Both the position numbers and the translations under genes were made by a program. Positions 60,107 through 64,000 of a stretch of DNA of 64,000 bases are shown here, in pieces; within the stretch, counting starts at the first letter, position 1; each line of letters begins with the position of its first letter. The stretch comes from Bryobacterales bacterium (lineage in GTDB: Bacteria > Acidobacteriota > Terriglobia > Bryobacterales > UBA6623). Location: contig OY729428.2 in the NCBI GenBank assembly GCA_963422375.2, positions 2,880,001-2,944,000 of the forward strand, given 5' to 3'. The notes under the pieces were generated by a model. The model saw only the letters and a program-made list of their open reading frames with translations, made no database searches and was not told where the DNA came from.

Positions 60107-60871
60107 ATGGCGGACGCCAGCCCGGGGGTCGCGATATCCGCCACCATCATCACCCTGGACGAGGAGCGAAACATCGCCAGGGCCGTCGATTCGGTTGCAT
60201 TCTGCGACGAGGTTCTGGTCGTCGACTCAGGGTCGACCGACCGCACGGTCGAGATCGCCCGGGACCTAGGGGCCAGGGTCGTATGCAACGACTGGCCCGG
60301 CTACGCTGCCCAGAAGAACTTCGCCGACGACCATGCTCGCAACGACTGGATTCTCTCTATCGACGCCGACGAGGCATTGAGCCCGGAGCTTGCCGCCGAG
60401 ATCGTGTGCGTGAAGCAGGCCGGGCCCGCGTGCGCCGGCTACGACTTCCCGCGCCGGGCCCGCTACTGCGGACGCTGGATCCGACACTCGGGCTGGTATC
60501 CAGACAGGAAGGTCCGGCTGTATCGACGGGATCTCGCACGCTGGACCGGCAGCTACGTTCACGAGTCCGTGCGGGCGGCAGGACCGGTCGGCCACCTGAA
60601 GGGCGACCTGCTGCACTACACGTGCGACAGCCTGGAGCAGCACCGCGCGAGCATCGAGAGGTACACCGACCTAGCGGCCCGGGAAATCTGCGCGGCCGGG
60701 CGGTCCGTGCCCGCGTGGCGGCTCCTGCTCGGGCCCTGCCTCTCATTCGCCAGGTCGTACCTGCTACGGCTGGGACTCCTTGACGGACGCGCCGGGTTCA
60801 CGATTGCGCGGATGGCCAGCCGGTACACCTACCTGAAGTACTCGAAGGCAAGGCAACTACCCGTCGGTTGA
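60107..60871 (+). CDS. Glycosyltransferase family 2 (WaaE/KdtX-like)
   Basis: VVDSGSTDRT, GYAAQKN, SIDADE, GWYPD, VHE. Confidence 0.92.
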   Translation: MADASPGVAISATIITLDEERNIARAVDSVAFCDEVLVVDSGSTDRTVEIARDLGARVVCNDWPGYAAQKNFADDHARNDWILSIDADEALSPELAAEIVCVKQAGPACAGYDFPRRARYCGRWIRHSGWYPDRKVRLYRRDLARWTGSYVHESVRAAGPVGHLKGDLLHYTCDSLEQHRASIERYTDLAAREICAAGRSVPAWRLLLGPCLSFARSYLLRLGLLDGRAGFTIARMASRYTYLKYSKARQLPVG

Positions 60872-60874
60872 CCC

Positions 60875-61789
60875 ATGCGCGTACTGCATATCGACACCGG
60901 CCGCAGGATGCGCGGCGGGCAGTACCAAGTGTTGCTGCTGCACGACACGCTGGCCGGAGGGCGCTGCGAGCAGACCCTGCTTGGAGGAGACGGCCTCCGG
61001 TCCAATCGAACGGCCGGGCGGGCGACCTGGGAGGCCGTCCGCGAGCACGCTCGGACGTGCGACCTGATCCACGCGCACGACTCCCGCGCTCACTCGCTGG
61101 CGGTGCTCCTCGGGAGGGGCAAGCCGGTAGTGGTAGCTCGCCGCGTGGCATTTCCAATCAAAGGCGGACCGGCCTCTAGGTGGAAGTACGCGCGGGCCGC
61201 GCATTTCGTGGCGATCTCCGAGCACGTGGCCTCGGTTTTGCAGGAATGCGGGGTGCCGGACCGGAAGATCAGCGTCGTCTACGACGCCGCACCGGACCCG
61301 CCGCGAGACACGGGAAGGACCGGCAGGGAGAGATCGTTCCGGGTGGTCAGTCCGAACTTCGACGATCCCCTCAAGGGCCGTGAGCTAGCGAAAGCATCCT
61401 GCCTGCGGGCAGGGATACCGCTTCATCTCTCGGACGACCTGCAGGCCGACCTGCGCTCGGCCGACGCGTTGCTCTACCTGTCGAAGTCGGAGGGCCTGGG
61501 GTCGGCAATTCTGCTTGGCATGTCGATGGGGGTGCCCGTGATCGCCAGCAACGTTGGCGGGATTCCGGAAGCCGTGTCCGACGGCAACACGGGCCTGCTC
61601 GTCGAGAACGACGAGAGGAGCGTATCGCAGGCGCTCCTGCGTCTGAAGGGGGACACCCTGCTCCGGCAGCACATGTCCGAGAAGTCGATGCGCGCGATAC
61701 GGTCCACGTTCTCCAAGAAACGGATGGCCGACGGGACGCTCGAGGTGTACCGCCGGGTGCTCGGTCAGAGGTTCTCCCCGCAGGCATGA
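60875..61789 (+). CDS. Glycosyltransferase family 4
   Basis: LHIDTG..MRGGQYQ, IHAHD, SEGLGSAIL, ASNVGGIPE. Confidence 0.9.
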   Translation: MRVLHIDTGRRMRGGQYQVLLLHDTLAGGRCEQTLLGGDGLRSNRTAGRATWEAVREHARTCDLIHAHDSRAHSLAVLLGRGKPVVVARRVAFPIKGGPASRWKYARAAHFVAISEHVASVLQECGVPDRKISVVYDAAPDPPRDTGRTGRERSFRVVSPNFDDPLKGRELAKASCLRAGIPLHLSDDLQADLRSADALLYLSKSEGLGSAILLGMSMGVPVIASNVGGIPEAVSDGNTGLLVENDERSVSQALLRLKGDTLLRQHMSEKSMRAIRSTFSKKRMADGTLEVYRRVLGQRFSPQA

Positions 61790-62610
61790 CCGAGATCGCC
61801 GCATTCGCGCTGGGCCTCGCCACCGGCAGCTTCGCGAACGTCTGCATTCATCGCTGGCCGCTGGGCCAGTCCGTGGTCCGGCCGCGCTCGAGGTGCCCTC
61901 GCTGCGGGCGCGGGATCGCGTGGTTCGACAAGGTCCCGTTGCTCAGCTACGCGCTCCTCGCGGGCAAGTGCCGGGCTTGCAAGGGGCGGATCCCAGTCCG
62001 GTACCCGCTGGTGGAGGGGCTTTGCGGGGTCGTCTTCGCCCTGGCCGCAACGCTGCTGGGAACGGGTCCCGCGGCGTGGAAGGCCGCGATCTTCGCATCC
62101 ATGATGCTGGTCCTGTTCTTCACGGATCTGGAGCGCCTCGTCCTGCCGGACGAAGTGACGCTAGGGGGATTGGCCGTCGGAATCGCGTTCAGCCCGTTCG
62201 TCCCGCTTCGCCCCGGAGCGGCCCAGACCGGATTCGCGCTCGCTGACATCCAAGTGCCGCCCTGGGCGGTCTCGACTGCCGAATCGGCCTTCGGCGCAGC
62301 TTTGTTCGGGGGGCTGCTCCTGTTGATCGGCGAGGCGTTCTACCGGCTGCGAGGGGTCGATGGCATTGGGCTTGGCGACGTCAAGCTGATGGCCATGATC
62401 GGCGCGTTCCACGGAGCCTCGATCGGGCTTCTGGTGCTGCTGGCGGGTTCTCTGCTCGCGGCGGCCTGCGGCACGGCAGCCGTATTCGCAGGCCGCAGGG
62501 GATGGCGTGACCGGCTGCCATTCGGAAGCTACCTGTCCGGCACAGCGCTCGCAGCGCTCTTCGCAGGGAACGCTATCCTGAACCGGTACTGGGAGTTCGT
62601 GCTGGAATGA
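61786..62610 (+). CDS. pilD: Prepilin peptidase (A24)
   Basis: GSFANVCIHR, RSRCPRC, CRAC, RYPLVE, TDL..LPD, GLGDVKL, PFGSYL. Confidence 0.92.
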   Translation: MTEIAAFALGLATGSFANVCIHRWPLGQSVVRPRSRCPRCGRGIAWFDKVPLLSYALLAGKCRACKGRIPVRYPLVEGLCGVVFALAATLLGTGPAAWKAAIFASMMLVLFFTDLERLVLPDEVTLGGLAVGIAFSPFVPLRPGAAQTGFALADIQVPPWAVSTAESAFGAALFGGLLLLIGEAFYRLRGVDGIGLGDVKLMAMIGAFHGASIGLLVLLAGSLLAAACGTAAVFAGRRGWRDRLPFGSYLSGTALAALFAGNAILNRYWEFVLE

Positions 62611-63629
62611 AGCTCGGAGTGATCGCGGACAGGCTAGACTGTCGGCTGGAAGGTGATCCGGACCTCGAAATCACCGGGATGGCGGGCCTCGAGGAGGCCG
62701 GTCGGACGGACCTGACATTCCTGTCGAACCCGCGCTACGCCCGTCTGGCGAGCCAGACGGATGCAGCCGCGGTGATCGCGGATGCCCCGATCCGGCGCTC
62801 GGACATCGCCACGCTCGTCTCGTCGAACCCCTATCTGGACTTCGCGCGCGCCTTGGAGCTGTTTCATCCCCCCCGTCGCGAAGAACCCGGGATCCACGAG
62901 ACGGCGGTAGTAGCGGCGACGGCGAAGATCGGTCCCGGGGCGTCGATCGCACCGTACGTCGTCATCGAGGACGACGTCGAAGTCGGCGAGAACGCCGAAC
63001 TCCACCCCCACGTGGTAATCGAGCGCGACTGTCGGATAGGCGATGACTTCGTGGCGCATGCCGGCGTGACCGTGTGCCACGGTTGCGAGGTCGGTGATCG
63101 AGTCGTCTTGCACCAACGCGTCACTGTCGGCTCCGACGGATTCGGATTCGCCCGGCGGGCGGACGGAAGCCACAAGAAGATTCCGCAAACGGGACGGGTC
63201 GCTATTGAAGACGACGTCGAGATCCAGGCGGGCTCGTGCATTGACCGCGCTGCGGTTGGCGAGACCCGGATCGGGCGCGGCGCAATCATCGACAATCTCG
63301 TCCAGATCGGGCATGCGGCCAAGATCGGGGCCAAGACGATTCTGTGCGCCCAAGTCGGGATCGCAGGCAGCACCACCTTGGGCGCGGAGTGCGTTCTCGC
63401 CGGCCAAGTCGGGATCATCAATCACCTCCATATCGGGCAGCGCGTGCTGGTGACAGCCCAGTCAGGCGTCGGGCGAGACCTTCCCGACGGTGCCAAGGTG
63501 TCGGGCTCGCCGGCACTCGACAACCGCCGATGGCTACGCTCGACGGCGGCTTACGCCCGCCTGCCAGACATAGACCGGGAGGTCCGCAAGCTGCGGGCAC
63601 GTGTCGACGACTTGGAAGGCAACTCCTGA
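62607..63629 (+). CDS. lpxD: UDP-3-O-acyl-glucosamine N-acyltransferase
   Basis: LTFLSNPRY, NPYLDFA, hexapeptide repeats, GSDGFGF, KIPQTG, DNLVQIGH. Confidence 0.96.
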   Translation: MKLGVIADRLDCRLEGDPDLEITGMAGLEEAGRTDLTFLSNPRYARLASQTDAAAVIADAPIRRSDIATLVSSNPYLDFARALELFHPPRREEPGIHETAVVAATAKIGPGASIAPYVVIEDDVEVGENAELHPHVVIERDCRIGDDFVAHAGVTVCHGCEVGDRVVLHQRVTVGSDGFGFARRADGSHKKIPQTGRVAIEDDVEIQAGSCIDRAAVGETRIGRGAIIDNLVQIGHAAKIGAKTILCAQVGIAGSTTLGAECVLAGQVGIINHLHIGQRVLVTAQSGVGRDLPDGAKVSGSPALDNRRWLRSTAAYARLPDIDREVRKLRARVDDLEGNS

Positions 63630-63935
63630 TCTTCCGATGTGACCGCGACGGAGGGCGGGTTGCTGACTGCGCCGAGCGCTAAAGGCTTGGAAGCTCAGCC
63701 GAGCGACCGAACGCCCCTTTGCATGGACCGCGGTTCTCGGGCCAGAGACAAATCGACATGCTAGCAGGAATCAGAGAGAAGCCTGTAAGTCTCGGTCGAA
63801 TTTCCGAGCAGCGAGCAAGGGTCAACCCCTCTCCAGAAGCTCAGAGAATGGTGTTATAGCAAGGTGTATATGATTCTACAATCAGGAACATATTCTTGAA
63901 ATTAGACATCTACTCTAACGTGATACTTAATGATT

Positions 63936-64000
63936 GGGAATTATATAGTGCCCGTGAAAAAACTCGTATCCCCTTGACAACAAAGGGGTTAGGTGCAATC
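63936..64000 (+). mobile_element. Probable terminus of another IS1595 lineage-A element running off the window
   Basis: Starts GGGAATTATATA, the same 12 bp as the reverse complement of the ends at 596 and 40280. Preceded by AT-rich DNA. Confidence 0.6.

Noticed and set aside
1..64000. CRISPR array, cas genes, integrase, prophage or reverse transcriptase
   Set aside because: No regularly spaced repeats or diagnostic motifs were seen by eye.

Overview
High-GC bacterial chromosomal segment. By inference it is from an Acidobacteriota (Bryobacterales/Solibacter-like) genome, based on a TIGR03437-type C-terminal domain on an S8 protease, paired PSCyt/DUF1549/DUF1553 and DUF1501 genes, and a PQQ dehydrogenase plus cytochrome c. 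The intact backbone includes sufE, an acyl-CoA synthetase, kdgK, family-4 UDG, coaBC, uvrB, a CoA transferase, an NtrY/NtrX-like pair, a MATE pump, a Kelch-SSS transporter fusion, ubiX, glycosyltransferases, pilD and lpxD. Decayed mobile or AT-richer patches interrupt it: an IS630 pseudo-element, two IS1595-family lineages (one with perfect 8-bp TSDs), a tnpB relic, an HsdR_N-like nuclease pseudogene and a Schlafen/AlbA_2-HATPase-TPR gene. The strongest leads are (1) a radical SAM protein resembling the archaeal tetraether-lipid ring synthase (Grs/Gms) family, next to sufE; (2) a single-gene Schlafen-ATPase-TPR candidate defence protein; (3) a PQQ dehydrogenase with the lanthanide-type D-x-D motif; and (4) two copies of the uncharacterised PSCyt-DUF1501 module. 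I could not support any CRISPR array, rRNA or tRNA. All family calls come from motif recognition by eye, not database searches.
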